A stretch of DNA of 64,000 bases. Origin: Fimbriosthenelais zetlandica. Lineage: Eukaryota. The stretch is taken from assembly GCA_977030845.1 (NCBI GenBank), contig OZ365118.1, positions 10,540,001 to 10,604,000 on the forward strand, given 5' to 3'. Both the position numbers and the translations under genes were made by a program. Below are positions 61,594-64,000 of the stretch, piece by piece. Under the pieces are notes generated by a model. That model saw only the letters and a program-made list of their open reading frames with translations. It was not told the origin of the DNA and made no database searches. Position 1 is the first letter of the stretch. Each line of letters starts with the position of its first letter.

Positions 61594-62277
61594 TACAAGA
61601 AAGAGAAGTAAGTCAACAAGGCTATCTCCGCCATACCGGAGTTAACATCAATTTTCTGCTCGGCTGTTAAGTCAACCAAGCATTACAAAGGAAATGAAGC
61701 ATCGGTCGAAGCATGTTGGACGAGCGCTAGAAAATGATGCTTCTTCCATTCGCATGTCCGCACTGATGCCTTCCTGACTCACACTGCCAAGAAGAACCTC
61801 TAATTGAGGGAGAATTGTAATATATTTCTTATTGCACGATTTCATCATCTTTGTGAAAAAGGTGAAGAGTAGCATCAAGGAAACGGATTGAAAGGATATA
61901 GATGGTTGTCTAACCTTATAAATGATCAAGGGGTGATGAAAGCTAAATGAAATATTAACTGCAGATGGCTATAAGTCATTATTTAGCATTTAAAGATCGA
62001 GAAAAATTGAGTACATCGAAAAGTATAGAGGAAACAAAAAGAATATTTCCTATAATTGCTTACCGTGATTAAACCCAGGGGAGAGTGTTGCCAGTAGTGA
62101 AAATACAACATACCTAAAAAATAAAAAGAGAATTGAATCAGGGATGGAATTAAAGAAATATACACGTAGAAAGAACAGACACAATGGATCTCGAAATGCC
62201 ATAACAGACCAAAATACAGTATAACTGAGTTCAAAGTGGATCTTGAAACTTTATCAAATTTGCTGCTATCATTTCAG

Positions 62278-62304
62278 ATTCAACATTACAGAATCTTTAT
62301 TGAG
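62278..62304 (+). CDS. Candidate 27-nt frame-preserving microexon (IQHYRIFIE in phase 0, or FNITESLL in phase 2)
   Basis: AATTTGCTGCTATCATTTCAG|ATTCAACATTACAGAATCTTTATTGAG|GTAAGA; length is a multiple of 3; two TGC motifs 13-17 nt upstream of the acceptor. Confidence 0.25.
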
Positions 62305-63769
62305 GTAAGAAAAACTAATCAACTTCTATGCCTGTATACCTAACATAGGAACATGATATGTTGGAAAAATCATTTGGACACATCCCCAGGTAACTGAATC
62401 AGATGGTACATCTACAACCAGACCAACATCATCTGTCCCAAGACGGCATCACATCTGCGACACCTCACGCAACCACTCTGAACATCCCATCAAAACCTCT
62501 CAAGATGCAGTCACAGCTGATGCAACACAACCTTTGAACCTTATAATTACACCTAATAGCACATGATTTACTTGTCAACAGACTGTCATTTTACACTAAG
62601 GATCGACATGAAGCTCACAAGCAACATGCATCATCTTCCCCCAGGGGATTAAGGGAATTATTCTCGTGAGAGTCAGTCATGTCAGTGTTTGTCACAGTTT
62701 CCTGGTTCCACTTCCTTGAATGGGAAATGGTTCGCTTCGGTCAGCCCTATGTCAGAGTAATAGGTATATATGCACATCATAATGTGATGGGTCATATTAT
62801 GGAGCAACAGTACTTAGGACTAGTAAAAGACATATACCATGTAATTAACTATATCTTTCATGGATATCATCCAGTTCACAGGCATGACGCTTCAATACTT
62901 GATATTCAGCTGGAAAGTTATGCTTTCACGTTTGCTTAAGACAATCCAGAAGTCCGAAGATTACAGGCATATAGCAATGCTAAGTGCACTTTATTACCCC
63001 AGTCTGAACAACGGTTTTTCCTTTATTCCACAACAATAATTGGTACAAGGCAATTTTAACGCTTGCACTTATAGGCGAGGGTGCCCTGACAGTGTCTGAG
63101 AGATTGTACTATGACCTCATATTCCTCTTCAGGGCAATCTATTTCTGGACTTATTCATCCACTCAGAGGACAGGGCCATCCCCATCAGATGATGAAGCTA
63201 GATTGAATATAGAGCGCTTTCTCCTTAATGCTGCACTTCCATATAGCCTACATGTGGTCCGGATGACCAATAGGTATTCTAGGCTATACAGTGTCACGGG
63301 CAAATGTTTTGAAACTTGAAAAAACATGGTTTTTGGTCTGATTTTCACATTAATTCATAATAAACCGGAGAAAAAGTATCAAGTTATTAACAGATCTGGC
63401 TGTGTACAAATAGGGTTTCATAGGATGTTGCAACAGACAAATGTATTACATTATTCTGATTTGAATAAACATATATATTAACTGGTATTTGTAAGGAGAG
63501 CAGTGGTCCAATGCTTGACCTCGCTGATAGGGCCCTGACCTTTGTATAGTGGTCAGGAAATGATAGACGATTGGTCTTAAACACACAGGAGGAAGGCTAA
63601 TCCAGGGTCATTCACTAATATTACTACTGGTCAGTGGAAATGTATGGTCAGTAACCAATAGGAAGTGGACCCAAAATCCTCCCGACTGGAAATACATTGG
63701 TAGAAGGCTTATTTTTCTTTAACTCAATAGTTGGAATGTTTTAGTTTTGGTAGTTACGCATTTTACCCC

Positions 63770-63936
63770 CAGTGATCGCCAAAACTTATTGGATAACTTT
63801 GGATATAGTACAAATAAATTTGTAAACGAATTGACAAATTTTATGAATCCGGATGTGAATGAAAATGTAACAATAAATGTTGCAACATTTAACTAAACAT
63901 GGTTCGAAGGTGTACAAATGATTTCAGGCGATACTG
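63770..63936. mobile_element. MITE family A copy
   Basis: CAGTGATCGCCAAAACTT...GTGTACAAATGATTTCAGGCGATACTG|TA. Confidence 0.6.
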
Positions 63937-64000
63937 TATACGCCCCACAAGTTAATTAGGTTGTTGGAGGGAAAAGCGTTTTAGGCCAAGCTGGAGAAGT

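Noticed and set aside
62390-62560. A/C-rich plus-strand stretch with all three frames open for 30-55 codons, including a QPLNL motif
   Set aside because: T-poor composition explains the lack of stops; no clean acceptor/donor pair.

Overview
Eukaryotic, almost certainly animal (bilaterian invertebrate-like) genomic DNA: AT-rich (roughly 38-40% GC by eye), with no prokaryotic gene organisation, no recognisable rRNA/tRNA/snRNA/miRNA and no CRISPR array. None of the 60-140 aa ORFs in the track resembles a protein family I recognise; most are chance ORFs, many inside GA/CT tracts or repeats. What the sequence supports well: (1) at least four families of short non-autonomous interspersed repeats (a TA-flanked ~200-bp MITE with 12 apparently complete copies, two TTAA/CTAA-flanked AG-terminal MITE families of Kolobok/T2 type, and a ~65-bp hairpin-bearing repeat that locally expands into 42-44-bp minisatellites); (2) several mini- and microsatellites; (3) many 200-400-bp GC-richer islands with clustered transcription-factor-type motifs (ETS/YY1/RFX, GATA, CTCF, CArG, Pbx-Hox/Meis, TCF), as expected in a large intron or gene desert of a regulated gene. 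The most interesting signals are splicing-related and speculative: a textbook recursive-splice (AG|GTAAGT) site on the minus strand at 18273/18274, a chain of phase-compatible minus-strand candidate exons (37129-37535, 26981-27061, 17347-17368, 14455-14568) in which a 22-nt microexon would switch between two start-codon frames, and a 27-nt plus-strand candidate microexon with upstream TGC motifs (62278-62304). No gene can be named.
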